Of a DNA stretch of 64,000 bases, positions 12,000 through 25,024 are shown piece after piece (position 1 is the first letter of the stretch; each line of letters begins with the position of its first letter). Origin of the DNA: Octopus sinensis (taxonomy: Eukaryota); the NCBI RefSeq assembly GCF_006345805.1, contig NC_042998.1:75826001-75890000 (forward strand), in the 5' to 3' direction. The notes beneath the pieces are model-generated. The model had not been told where the DNA came from. It was given only the letters and a program-made list of their open reading frames with translations, and made no database searches. Made by a program: the position numbers and the translations under genes.

Positions 12000-14880
12000 A
12001 AATCTATATATTTATATTAAACAATAAAATTATGCAAAATATACCACTACATTTGAAAAACGTCAGTGGTTTATGTGGAAAAACTACCCAACATTTATAT
12101 TTCTTGCATTCTAAGACTATTATGGTATGATGCCATGTTCCAAAAACAGGTACTCCACACCACATGGAGAATGTTTGAGATTCGCGATGAGAAATTAATT
12201 GACGGTAAAATTAATTGCCTGTTGCATATCTAGCCATTTAAGTATCTAAGTTTTTTTGCCTTCACTGTTTTGAGTTTAATTTGCCGATAGAGACTTTACT
12301 TTAATCCTTCCGGGAACGTAAATACCAGTTAGGCTTTCTGTAAACTCTCTTGTCATTTATACCCCATTTCAATTTCGATCTAGCTATTAATTGACTATTA
12401 TATATTTTTATTATAATCATTATGTATATTTTGTAATCGAAAATTTCCTTGACCTAGAGTATTTAGTACTATTTTCGCCGTTCAAATACGTACCAAAAAT
12501 TTCGAACAGTGCAATTCATTGTGAACAGATATATTTGGAGAAGGTGTAATAGAAGAGAGAGATATATGGAATCTTTAACTGTATGGAATGTTTATCTAAA
12601 CATAAAATAGTATAGTAGCTAAGAGGTATGATATCACACTGGAAGACCTTCCTATAGTAAATGACAGATGAGTCTTCCGCAATCTCTTGCTGAACAACCT
12701 GAACAGATGATCTCTTTATCGTGGTCGTTTGTTGATACCACACATCAGCGTGCCACACATCAGATGTCGAAGTGATCGCAGAGTAACGTAAAATGAAGAG
12801 TTTTACTCAAGAGCACAAGGCACTGTCCGGTCCAGGAATCGAAACCACAACCTTGCGATCGTAAGTGCAACGCCCCTCACCACAAGGACAGGTTTCTTCA
12901 CTGATATCGCTATTTCTTCTCACTAATCTTAATTTTGCGTTATATCCACCCTCTCGATAACCCGTCGTGAATAGTCTGTGGAAAGTGAGCTGGCTTTTCA
13001 TTGATAGATTAGCTTGATTTATGTAAGATCGAACAATTGAGATAAATGAGGATTTTACACATAAATAATTGCTTGTAATAGAGACTCTTTTTTTTAAGAG
13101 ACTTAAAATTAAAAGAAGTTGATTTGCTATTATCATTCTGATTCTCTTTGCCTTATCCTTATTGACTTAACTTTTTTGTTGTTGTTTATTGACCATCTAT
13201 GCGAAACGGTCAATTGGCAGAATTCTCTTAGAGAATCGTACAAAATGCTCTGCAGTACTTAGCTACGGTCCTTTACGTTCTGAATTCAAATCCTACCGAC
13301 AGCGACTTTTCCTTCCAAGATCGATAAAATAAGTACCCGTCAGGTACTGGTACCGAAATATACACTAAAATTCCTGACCTTTTAAACACTGGCAGACTGA
13401 AGTATCGCTAAGACCGGATAAATTAACTTTCAGTATTCATTGCACCAGTTAAAATAATATGTAGTATTTTATTTACATTCCTTTACGTTCTGATTTCAAA
13501 ATCCTGTCCGGGTTTATTTTCCATTTCATTTCCTCAGGTTGAGCTCATAAGTACCAATAATATACAGAGTCGATTCCATCATCTACACCCCCGCCTACAT
13601 ACACAGAGTAGGTGTACAAAATCATTAATCTCATACAAAACTTCTTTCTCTTCATACTTATATTTTCCCAAATATCGCTTTTTATTTTCGCCTTAATTTC
13701 CTCCTTTCATAAATCTAAGCAATCTGATGCTAGGATATGTTAAGAGGGGTTCATTATAAATTCGCCAAATGCATTCAAACCATAAAGCTAAATGTCTTAT
13801 TCTTTACTATCGATCTACTAGTAGTTCTAACGACTATTAACATTACTTTGTTGGTATGGTAACACTGATCGAAGTTATCTAAGACCAATATTACTTTGAT
13901 TTTGGTATACCTACGTTTTGGAATGTAATTACGTGGATACTAAGACTGAATGGTCATAGTTTGGTAAACTTTCTGTTTAACAGAACTGTTATTAGAGGAG
14001 ATTCTCACGTAAGATGTATGGTTGCTCTGTTTCATCTTCCCTAATAGTTCTTTTTATAACTGCAACCGTATTATACGATATTTTACTAAAATTCGATTTA
14101 TGTCTATGAAAGAGAAAAATTGAATGGTAAAAGCAAAACATATAAGAAAGTGAGAACGTGAATTATGTTTGTAAGAGATTGGGGGAGATTGTGTGAGCAA
14201 TATAAAATTATTTTCTGTGCTAAGTTCAACCTATGTTGATAGAAATAACGGAGGCAGTAACACAATGGAGTGAATTCTTCAATGTAACTAACTAGTTTAA
14301 GCTATCACGCTATGAGTTCAAATTACTCAGAGATCGATTTTATTCTTCCTAAATGAGTATAATAAGCACCTGTAATATATTGAAAGTGATTCCATAGATC
14401 AATAAATACAACTTTCTACAACACTCGGTCTTCTGTATTTATTAAGATATAGTACACATTTCTGAGAATCGTGGGTATTCTAGTTTACTGCCGGAAAACC
14501 AAACAATGGGTCGACTCTAGAACCCTGTAACCAGCCAAAGAGTTGACTTTTCTAAGCCCGTAATCAACAATGAGTTGTATTCAAGACTACAGCTCCAGCC
14601 GTTTCGCCTAATTAAGTAAATAAATAAGAAGCTATGTTTTACGCCAACGGCAACACCGTATACAAGAATTACATTAGCGTGTAGCTTTTAGTCCAACCTC
14701 CCTAAATATTTAGCTTTCAGAGAAAATATTAAGTGTAAAAATTTGCTGTGAAACTTCGACCCAATAGGATATAGCAGCTACCACTATCAAACAAATTTAG
14801 CAATGGGACGTCAATGTAAAATATAAGCAAATGCTCACAGGGTCTCAGGCAGGTTATGACGGAAACTTTTTGCTGGTAGT

Positions 14881-14883
<3 letters not shown>

Positions 14884-14953
<70 letters not shown>

Positions 14954-14986
14954 GTGTGTGCGTGTGTGTGTGCGTGTGTGTGTGTG
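14884..14986. repeat. (GT)n microsatellite
   Basis: Direct reading. Confidence 0.95.
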
Positions 14987-17029
14987 AACAAAATAAGGAA
15001 AAGGGAAAGGAGAACGAGTAATACAGAGGAGTATCAATAGAGAAATAAAGTAGCATGGAATAGTATGGACTGGGATTGTATGGGACGAGTAAAATGGTGA
15101 GGAATGACACTTCAAAAATCACTTGTTGAGAAATGAATTTGGTAAAAATATAAATAAAGATGGAGTGTATTGAAATATATAAATAGATAAGAAAACATTA
15201 ATTGAAGGACCGTTAATCGAAAGGACAGCCCATTTGAAATTTGGTCCATAAGTTATAGAATTATTGTTCTTGCTATCGAGCTTAGTATCCTAATCTATTC
15301 AAGTTTACCATTGTCTCCTTTTCCAAAAATGGCTACTTTCGAATAGCATACTAACAGTTTTGCAATGTTCCAAACCAAGGTATGCTATTATCGGAGCGTA
15401 ACAACATCACAGAATCGTAAGTTCCTTTCTCTTGGGCTTACCAATATTGAGTGTAGTTTACAAACATTTCCGTTAGTAAAGTTGTCAATGATTGATTTGT
15501 CGACGAAATGAATGAAGTTATCAACATTCCAGCATTTAGTCGGTTACATTCTGCTTACAACTATACCTATTACAAACTTATCGCCATTTTTTGTAGAGCC
15601 GTCAGCGCTTGTTTAATGTAGGCGGAATGAAAGAATTCAACATTATAATATTCTGTTGGTCACCTCCCAACTGCTAACGGTCATAAAGTTTAAAATTAGT
15701 ATATCCATTCAAGCTGTTACTTTCTCTGTAATATCCTCGTCATTTTCTGGATTTGAATTCTAAAGATATTTCTCAAACTTTGGCTGTTCTATACTTTGAC
15801 AGGTTCACCGTATTGGGATATTTACAAAGCTTATCTGTTACCACCTTCTGACGTATTGCCCTAAACTTTCTCTTCACGACAATTGATTTAATCTAGTGTG
15901 TATTAGACCTTATTCAACTTCCTAGTTCAGCTCCTTCGTCAAACTCCTTACCTGGCTAAATGGCATGGGTCACTTAACTATCTGCCTGGATTATATATCA
16001 AACTTTCTACAATAATTTATGATCGGATAAACGCGGTGAATTGACCCAATTATAACGTGTAATATGAATTTATTTATAATGTTACATAGTTTCTAAGGTA
16101 CTTAGGGTGAGCATATATTCTTTATACTAAAGGAAAGAGCTGTCGATAAGTATAAAGACTGTAAGACTAGTGTCTTTGTTGAGGAGTAAAAGAAACTGAC
16201 AAAATGCAGGCAAAAAAAAACGATAACTTTAAATGAAAAAGGAATCGATATTAAAATAGAATATATGGAATTTTTTCTAAACTCCTCTAAACTGACTATA
16301 ACTGATTATAACTTTTAAACGTCCTCCGGTGATTTTTTCTTAACATATAGTTCTGATCCATCCTCAACGTGAAATACTTTCTAACTATTACTTTAGTCTC
16401 AAGTCGTAAGTACAACTGACAAAAGGCCTAGCGGCATTTCTTTCGGCAGTTTACGCTCCAACTTTGCCTTTCATCCTTTCGAGTTCCATAAAATAAGTAC
16501 CAACTGAGCACGGGCCAAAATGTTGATCTTGTGCCCAAATGTGAAACAAAAAAATTATTGCTTTACTCTCAGCACAGTTTTGCTTTGTTAAGACAGTGCT
16601 CCATATCATCTACTGTTTATTTTGTTTTACTTTTTTTCTTTTGGTTAATCCAATAATTTCTCTATGGAATCAATTATAGAGAAAATATTTCCGCATCAGA
16701 ATAAGATTCTTATTGTATCTTTAATGAGTGTCTTATTTGTTAATGATAAAATATCTAAGTGTTGTGTTGAATTTGTATATATCCCCGGACTTATAAATAA
16801 TGTAGTTGTTTATGTTGAAGTTGTATTTCTTCCTAGTCTTATTGTTATTTATTTTAAGATTGATTCTTCGGTGTTTCGGGGCGAGAAAAAAAGCATTGAG
16901 TTGATGTAGTAATTGGCGCTTAGTTCATGTCAAACCCGATTGAGTAGTCCTAGGAACAAAACCATTCTGCTTTGTTCCTCAGATTGGCTACATAAAATTG
17001 CATCCCAAAGCTTAGAAATTATTTTCAAA

Positions 17030-17540
17030 CTTTAACTCTGATCATTTGCTGACTCTTTACAAAGAGCAAGTATGGCTCACAATGAAATATTCCAACTACA
17101 TCTGACTAATGCAACAACCATCCATGCAATCATCCGATATCTGTCTAAAAGAAGGCCATTGTCTAACTCACCAAAACACTACAGCCTCCATCACAAAGCC
17201 ATGCTTCGCAAGCACCACTTTGTCCAACTCTTCCTCATAAGAACGATATCATATGTAAAAAAATATAAGTTTAGGCGAAGCAAGGTTTCCTAAAATATTG
17301 CTCCGTCTGCATCGTCTTTTTTTTTCCTCTACACGGTGACTTACAGACGTTCAAGCTGAACATAATTCATATTGATCTCACGAATCTCAAGAAACCAGCA
17401 ACGGCCATAGGCACTTTTTCCAGATGACTGAATTATACAAAAATCTAATATGCGAAATCAGTTTAGTCATTACAGTAACGTCCTTGCCTGGGGATTACTA
17501 ATTTTCTATCTAGAACTTGTAATTCCGAAACTCCTTCCAT
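17030..17540 (+). mobile_element. Highly decayed CR1/L2-group LINE 3' fragment
   Basis: LLTLYKEQVWLTMKYSNYI resembles the post-RT LLxLYKAQVRPxMEY motif of CR1-like elements; frames are broken. Confidence 0.4.
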
Positions 17541-17702
17541 ATTTAAAGTTTTCCTTTAAGAGTTTCTTAATATATAATTAACATATTTTTAACACTTATT
17601 ATCCATATTATAAGTGAAAGCTTCGCATCTTCCCTGCAGTTGATTCTCAGACATAGCACTGTCTTCTTATGGTGTTTCAGAGTAACAATTAATGTATGTG
17701 TG

Positions 17703-17738
<36 letters not shown>

Positions 17739-18989
17739 CGCAAGCATCTATATCCCAGTAAATTTAATCTAACGTTGATTACATACATCCTTGGAGATAT
17801 TGGCTTACGGCGTTTGATTAGGAATAATTTTTTGTCAATATATATTCTAAATGGTCTTTCTTCAGAAACAATTTATACAATATTGTAAAATTATCCTTCA
17901 GCATTGAATTCGAGAAATTTGTCAGGAGGGAGACATGGAATTGGTTTCTTTCTATATTTAATATGTTGATAGCAATAGTAACTGCTATAGAAGTTAAAAA
18001 ACTGTCTCAAATTTTTGGTTAGTTGGATTTCTTTTCCTTATAAATCTCAAAGAAAAATGAATACAAAAAAACTTTGGCGATTACACATTTAACATGATTT
18101 TTTCTACCTTGTTGGTCTGATGTATTTTTTAATGTAAATTCCATACACACCCACGCCTACTTACACATATATATATATCTTTTATACTTTACTTGTTACA
18201 GTTATTGCATTGTGGCCATGCTGGGGCACCGACTTTAGTACTCATTTCTTACACTTGATAACCACCAAATGAAGGGAACATAAACAAACCAACATTGGTT
18301 GTGAAGTGGAGGTGGGGAAATACAGACATACAAACACACATATTTATATACATACATATATGTGTGTGTGTGTGTTTGTGTGCATGTGTTGAATGTGTGT
18401 GTGTGTATGTGTGTGTGATTTCGGGGATGTAAATCCAAAACAATTACATGGAATACGGAGATTGGTACATTTTCAAACCTTTCTTCTAAATTAACAGTTA
18501 TTTATGCAACATAATTAGTTTAAATGGCCGACGCGTGTTTCTGCTGCAGGAATTTATTCATGTGTAGCTAGCATATTTCTTTATTTTACTATGGCTTAAG
18601 ATACAAAAGGAAATGTGAAGGGGAGAAGTTGAAACCTGATATGGATATAAAATTTGCTTTGTATCTAACTTTATGTTAACCTTAGTTCCAAGACAAAACT
18701 AAGAGTTCTATACACTAAATTAGATCACAGTATATCTTAGTGTTCTAATATAGCTTCATCTGTGTTAAAAGAGATTGAATGAAAATTAATTAAATTAATT
18801 AAATTAATTGAAGGAATTATGTCATATATACTTAAGATGTCCGTATGAAAGATGCACTTGTTAACTGAGTTTTAGATTATATAGAAGTTATTGTGTCCTA
18901 TATGTGTTGCTATGATTTGTAGAACAGATATTTTAAGCTGGTAATAATACTGCTACCTAGTTAAAAGTTAAACCAGATATTGTCCCGAC

Positions 18990-19460
18990 ATTTACCCCTC
19001 AAATTCAGGCACCTCCATTTGTGTAGTGGATACTATACTATCCAACAGCTGCATGGGAGTATTTAAATGTTTTCCCATGCAGGGGCAGATATCATAGCCT
19101 GTTCCAGTCTACTGTTAAGCAATTAATGTTTCAATGTTAAAATCTGGTAAATTTCCTTTTGCTCAAGTTACACCTTTTTTCCTCTTGTTATATAAAGTAC
19201 AGCTGTGCTAAGTTTTTCCCATTCTATATTAAAGCTAGCATTTTATCCTTAAGTGACCAGATGAACTTCCTCAAACTAATGTTGTGCATCTTAATTTTAT
19301 CCTTAGACGAACTTAAATGGTTTGCCAGTATCGATTTGAAGTTTGTAGAGGTTGCACTTATATAAAAGTAAGAATTGCCCCCTGGTGTGGTCCTACATCG
19401 GTATACTAAGTTCTTGCTCATACAATGTGTATTTAAGGGACAAATTTTATTTTTACCACA
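18990..19460 (-). mobile_element. Penelope GIY-YIG endonuclease remnant (element may extend to ~20330)
   Basis: CPLNTHCMSKNLVYRCRTT...YFYISATSTNFKSILANHLSS...SLRKFIWSLKDK, then IEWEKLSTA and EIYQILTLKH-LLNSRLEQ. Confidence 0.75.
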
Positions 19461-20744
19461 CTTACAGATATTTCATTCCTTGTTACTTTTACCTATGCTA
19501 ATGGTACTTGAACTAGATAGCTCCCTTGTTTGTGCATCTATTAATCTGCTACTGTTTACATTCCGGGTATTTCTTGGGTTTCGAAGCTATTATTTCTAGT
19601 GATTCCTATTTTTATATAGGTGCAACCTCGAAAAACTACATTATCGTATTTTCGTTTTGGTGCAGATGATGCGCGACTTTTTTTCCTTTTGGGATCTTTC
19701 TTAATGTGTTCGTCCCTTTCGAGTGAAGTTTTTGTCCTGCCTCATGCAGCTGTGACTCAGTCGGATATGGGAAACGGTAGTTTGCACTGTCGTCTCCATG
19801 CCACCAGAAACGGCGCAGATATAATTTACACACTTGTGAGTATTCTCTTTTTCTTACATTTCTATTGTCTAGGATCTTTCTTGTCACAGTGTCTGTTTTC
19901 TTTTTAACTACTGTTAAGCAATTAATGTTTCAGTGTTAAAATCTGGTAAATTTGGTCTAACTTATTTTTTCTTTGGTTGTTCTTCTTGAGGGTTGTTTTT
20001 GCTTTTTCTTCTTTTTTATTTGTATCATCATCCTACTGTTCCTGTTTATTTTCAGACGATTTTGGTTTCCAGTTTTAACCCTTTCATTTCTTTGGCTATT
20101 CACTTTGGTGGTGGTAGGGCCATTAGTACTGGTGTCTCTATCCTTGACAAGTCGCTTACTCATGGTTTCATCTGTGTTCCTTTGTGGGTTAGTAGAGCCA
20201 GGGGAACATCTGTCACTCACATCAGTGTCTCCATCTTCATCTTTTTTGAGTTTGTTTCCAAAGATGATGTCAAGAATGCTAATGAAAGCATAGGAACGAA
20301 TGGATTCTTGTTTCTTGCGCTCTAGCTAAACTGTGGTCTTTGTGCAACCGTTGCTCTTTAGTGCTGCATTATTATATTATTTGGATTCTCCCCTTCCGAT
20401 ATTTACAAGCTTCTCACAAATAATATCAATTCTGCACTTATTCAGTCTCGAGAATTTTTTTCTATGATTGTCGACCGATTCCTCCTGCATATTAGAGAGA
20501 GACAGAAATAGGGAGAGAGGTAAAGAGAAAGAAAGAAAGGTGCAAGTTTGTGATGATCAACGAGTGGATATACCTTTGCTAAGATAGAGAGATAGGGGAG
20601 AAAAGGAAAACTTATATTAATTACGTAGATCTATGAGTGTAAATAGCTATATATGAGACACGGAGGACGATCTATATATGTATGTTTGAGTATATATCTG
20701 TAATCTTTCTAACGATATATTCCCATTACACACATGTACAACAA

Positions 20745-20778
<34 letters not shown>

Positions 20779-21253
20779 GGGGGGGGAAAGAGAGAGAGAG
20801 AGTGTGTGTGTATGTGTGCGTGTGTGAGAGAGAGAGAGCTTAGGAGAGAATGAGAAAACTTATGTTCTTAGATTTTATACCGTAAGGAGAGGATGAGACA
20901 AGCAATTAATTAATCAATTGAGTACTGAAACGGACAGCAGCACAAATTAAGCCCAAAAGGTATAAAGCACAAAATATTGCCGATTAATCTACTATTTTAT
21001 CAAACTCATGTGTCTAATGTAACGTAAATGTGAACAAACTTGCATCATGAAAGTAAATCACTTTACCTTTTGGTATAGATGATTTCTTCTAGGAGTCTGT
21101 TCAATTTTATTACGTAACTAAGATTTTCTTATATTCTGTCATCTTCAGGCCAAGTGTATTCGGGTTTGACGAAGAAATTTTTAACACAAGTAAGGATTTC
21201 GTAGGTTGAGCGAGAATTTTGACTATATAATGTGTTGATACTTATAATTAATA

Positions 21254-22535
21254 CGAGGGGCATTCAATAAGTAATGCCCCTGATCCACTTCCCATAGCAG
21301 TAGATCAACGACACTTGGCACAGTTATTAGTCTTCTTTTACATAGGAACCACCCAGAGTTACGCATTTCTCCCATCGTTTGATGCGGCTCTGGAGACCGT
21401 TTTTGTAGAAGACCCCAGCTTGGTCCTCCAACCACGACCTGACTTCAGAAATCAAGGCTGCATCATCTGGGAAACGCTTTCCTTTCAAAAACAACTTCAT
21501 GGCTGGGAAGAGGTGAAAATCCGAGGGTGCAAGGTCAGGAGAGTAGGGGGTTGGGGGAGGAGTTCATAGTTGCACGCCTGTGCTTCTGATCTGGCGACCA
21601 TCAAGTTGTGAACCGGAGCGTTGTCCTGCAAGAGGAGGATGCCTTTGCTGATCTTGCCCCGCCTCTTGATTTTGATAGCTTCTCTTAATTTCCTCAAAAG
21701 TGAAGCATAATAGGCTCCTGTAATTGTGGTACCCTTTGCCAGGAAATCTGTCATCACTACTCCGTCCTGGTCCCAGAAGACTGTGAGCATGACCTTGCCA
21801 GCGGAGGGCTGCACCCTTGCCTTCTTTGGAGGAGGTGAGTCACGGTGCTTCCACTGCATTGACTGAGTTTTGGTCTCTAGATCATAGTGATGGACCCAGG
21901 TTTTATCCTATGCAATCAGTCTTTTGAAAAATTTTGACTCATCTTCTTGGCACATCTCCAAATTCATCCTCGAGCACTCGACGCGTTCTTGCTTCTGGAA
22001 AGGTGTGAACAACCTGGGAATCCATCTGCCAGACACCTTTTGCATATGCAAATGGTCATGAATGATAGTTTCCACAGACCCGGTACTAATCTTGACCTCA
22101 TGGGCTATTTGGCGAATAGTTATGCGTCGATCTTCCAAAATGGCAGCCTCAACTTGACGGACAGATGTCTCATCAATGGCAGAAGGAGGGTGACCAGATC
22201 TGGGGGCTGTTTCCACAGAGTTCCGACCATGTTTGAATTCACGATGCCAGCGTTTTACAAGGTCATATGATGGGGCATCATCACCATAAGCTACTTTCAT
22301 TTCATCAAAAGTCTCCCGTGGTGTGCGTCCTTTCAAATACAAAACCCGGATCACTGCTCGACACTCAACAGGCTCCATTTCACACTTGACTCAGTTCAAA
22401 CACCTGTAAATCAGAAACCACAATTAGGTCAGAGCTGCTTAATGTATAGAGATATCAATAATTGCACATGCTAAATTTCAGCAAGATCAAACAACTACAA
22501 GTGGGTCAGAGGCATTACTTACTGAACGTCCCTCC
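21254..22535 (-). mobile_element. Full-length mariner (DD34D) transposon, 1282 bp
   Basis: ~35 bp TIRs (cgaggggcattcaataagtaatgcccctgatccac / gtgggtcagaggcattacttactgaacgtccctcc) with TA on both sides. Confidence 0.95.
21300..22378 (-). pseudogene. Mariner transposase interrupted by an in-frame stop (~21908) and a frameshift near the YSPDL motif
   Basis: ORFs 21908-22378 (HTH, WIPRL) and 21497-21859 (QSMQWKH, GKVMLTVFWD, LLQDNAP). Confidence 0.9.
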
Positions 22536-22682
22536 TATATATCTCAATCAGAAAATACTACCGATTTCGTACTCAACCGATCTTTTGCAATATTCTCAGC
22601 GCCTTTTCCAGGAGCGATAATTATTCCTGCGCAGGGATGACCGATATTTTAGATATATAAATTTACAAATATACATACATAT

Positions 22683-22744
<62 letters not shown>

Positions 22745-22747
<3 letters not shown>

Positions 22748-23477
22748 CAATTAAGGACAACTACTTAATAAGGAAAACTTAACAAGAAATTGTCAGGTAG
22801 ATAGCGTAAAAACCTCATAAGAGAAAAAATTTCGAAAATAATTATTTCTATTAACATATAATTTATATAAGAGGACATAATTATACATACATGCCAGGAG
22901 GCATTATATATACCTGCCAAACGCTAAGAGGGACAATCATCATTTCTACAAAAATATTACTAATCCCACCGAATGCATTTTTCAAAGTAGACATTTAAAA
23001 ATATATAGGCCTGTATCACAGTGATTCATACTTACGATCATCAGCAGCCTGAATGTATATAAATAAACAACGACCCTGCCTCGCTTAGCGAACAGCTAAC
23101 TGATCAACATCAACGAAGCACATGGGTGACTATATTTACATCCGGGGATGGCAAACTTTACAAAATTGCATTTCGGAGAGAAAAGTTTTTTCGGATAAAA
23201 ATTTTGCAATTAAGGACAATACTAATAAGGAAAACTTAACAAAATTGTCAGGTAGATAGCGTAAAAACCTCATAAGAGAAAAATTTCGAAAATAATTATT
23301 TCTTATTGAACATATTAATTTATATATAGAGGCATAATTAACATACTGCCAGAGGCATTATATATACCTGCCAACGCTAAGAGGACAATCAGTCATTTCT
23401 ACCAAAATATATACTAATCCACCGAATGCAATTTTTCAAAGTAAGACATTTAAAAATATATAGGCCTGTATCACAGT
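22745..23477 (-). repeat. ~458-bp tandem unit (1.6 copies) ending in (TA)n, with a degenerate HHR-like motif at 23007-23050
   Basis: ttgcaattaaggacaa at 22745 and 23203. Minus strand aggcug-CUGAUGA-ucguaaguau-GAA-ucacugugaua-caggccu. Confidence 0.8.
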
Positions 23478-23499
23478 ACATAAACTTAGACATTAATAA

Positions 23500-24004
23500 A
23501 CACCAACGAAGGAATACTGGTGGAATATTCCCATTAAAACTTCTGTCAAATGTAAACATAACAGGCTGGATATTGTTGTTTGGGATAAAGAGGTAAATGT
23601 ATGTACATCTTAGAGGTCAGCTGCCCTGCGGATATAACTATCTCTCTGAAAATCAAAGAAAAAGAGGATATTTATGGACAACTGCTTCGAAACCTCCAGC
23701 TTCTATATTCAGACTATGAATTCATATTTCATACCAATAATTGAAGCACTAGGTTTTGGTAGTAAATGCTTAAAGAAGAATCTAGATAAGCTGGGATTTT
23801 CACAAAGAAAAATAGTCCGGCTAATTCGCACATTACAAGTGCAATCTGTGAGTGGAACAGTAAAAATATGCAAGACTTTTCTCAAGTTCCAAATGTGAAT
23901 TCGTCTGTGTTAACTACATCCTAAAGATGGAGCCTTGAATCTTTGTTGGAAACCTACTCCCTCTTGAGTGTAAGAATTATAATAATTAAAAAAATAGAAG
24001 AGAC
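23500..24004 (+). mobile_element. 5'-truncated RLE-type (R4/Dong-like) non-LTR retrotransposon 3' end, terminating in (TACA)n
   Basis: KHNRLDIVVWDKE...LEVSCPAD...KEKEDIYGQLLRNLQ (PD-(D/E)xK nuclease), stop at 23898, then 3'UTR and (ACAT)n. Confidence 0.8.
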
Positions 24005-24096
24005 ATACATACATACATGCATACATTCATACATACATACATACATACATACATACATACATACATACATACATACATACATACATACACATACAT

Positions 24097-24560
24097 ATGG
24101 GATATGTAACACACTGCCTAAATACCAATCTTGAGAAATTAGGCTTCTCAAAACCAAACAGGAGAAAGCTGATTCGAAGACTACAGATCTAATCCATCAC
24201 TGGAACTGTAAAAATCTGTAAAACTTTCCAGAAGTTTATCATTTAAATATATATGAGCATATCTAATATACAACTATATGCATGAAAATAGATACATAAA
24301 AAACATACAAATCTGCATGTATACATACATACATACGTAATTACATGCATACGTATATAATGCAAACATGCATGCATACATACATACATACATACATACA
24401 TACATACATACATACATACATACATACATACATACATACATACATACAAAAATACTCTGTCGATGCTGTCAAAATTCCAATGACGTACCCTTGGATCTCG
24501 GTTAGATACAGGCTCTTTCTCTATTGGCAAGAAAACTTGAAATAAAACTGAATAGTGACA
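24097..24560 (+). mobile_element. Second, related RLE-LINE extreme 3' end between (TACA)n tracts
   Basis: YVTHCLNTNLEKLGFSKPNRRKLIRRLQI*SITGTVKICKTFQKFII* is paralogous to the C-terminus of the preceding copy. Confidence 0.7.
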
Positions 24561-24634
24561 TACATACGTATGTATGTATGGATGCATGTATTAAGAATAT
24601 ATATATAAATGCCATACACACATGTGTGCATGTA

Positions 24635-24674
<40 letters not shown>

Positions 24675-24803
24675 GGAGATGTACTCGCATAGCAAGTAAT
24701 TTGATCGTATGCTGAAACGAAAACAATTGCAGCGTGGAAGGTGTTTATAAGCCATTTAAGAAACACACAAAGCCGTTCGATTCACTTCAACATTTAAGTT
24801 TAA

Positions 24804-24853
24804 TTTGTCAAAATATTTTCGTCGCTAAAATCCGCGACCTGTTCACTGACAGA
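24804..24853 (-). ncRNA. Minimal type I hammerhead, G3:C8 core variant (minus arm)
   Basis: Reverse complement of the plus-arm motif with one stem I mismatch. Confidence 0.6.
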
Positions 24854-24866
24854 TGCAGCACGGATT

Positions 24867-24916
24867 TTTGTCAGTGAACAGGTCGCGGATTTTAGCGACG
24901 AAAATATTTTGACAAA
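24867..24916 (+). ncRNA. Minimal type I hammerhead, G3:C8 core variant
   Basis: UUUGUCA-GUGAACA-g-GUCGC(ggauuuua)GCGAC-GAA-AAUAUU-U/UGACAAA. 7 bp stem I, 5 bp stem II, palindromic stem III. Confidence 0.65.
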
Positions 24917-25024
24917 TTAAACTTAAATGTTGAAGTGAATCGAACGGCTTTTGTGTGTTTCTTAAATGGCTTATAAACACCTTCCATGCTGCAATTGTAT
25001 ATATATAATATATATATATATATA

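Larger units (their letters stand above)
24672..24997. repeat. Near-perfect palindrome (arms 24724-24851 and 24869-24997) of a Penelope-type pLTR carrying a variant hammerhead in each arm
   Basis: ~128 bp arms differing at 2-3 positions, 17 bp spacer, (TA)n flanks. Confidence 0.9.

Noticed and set aside
14581-14610. Minus-strand GAAAC-stem-GUA resembling hammerhead stem III
   Set aside because: No CUGANGA-type core in a compatible position
15300-16000. Possible LINE endonuclease or RT relic
   Set aside because: No recognisable catalytic motif after manual translation
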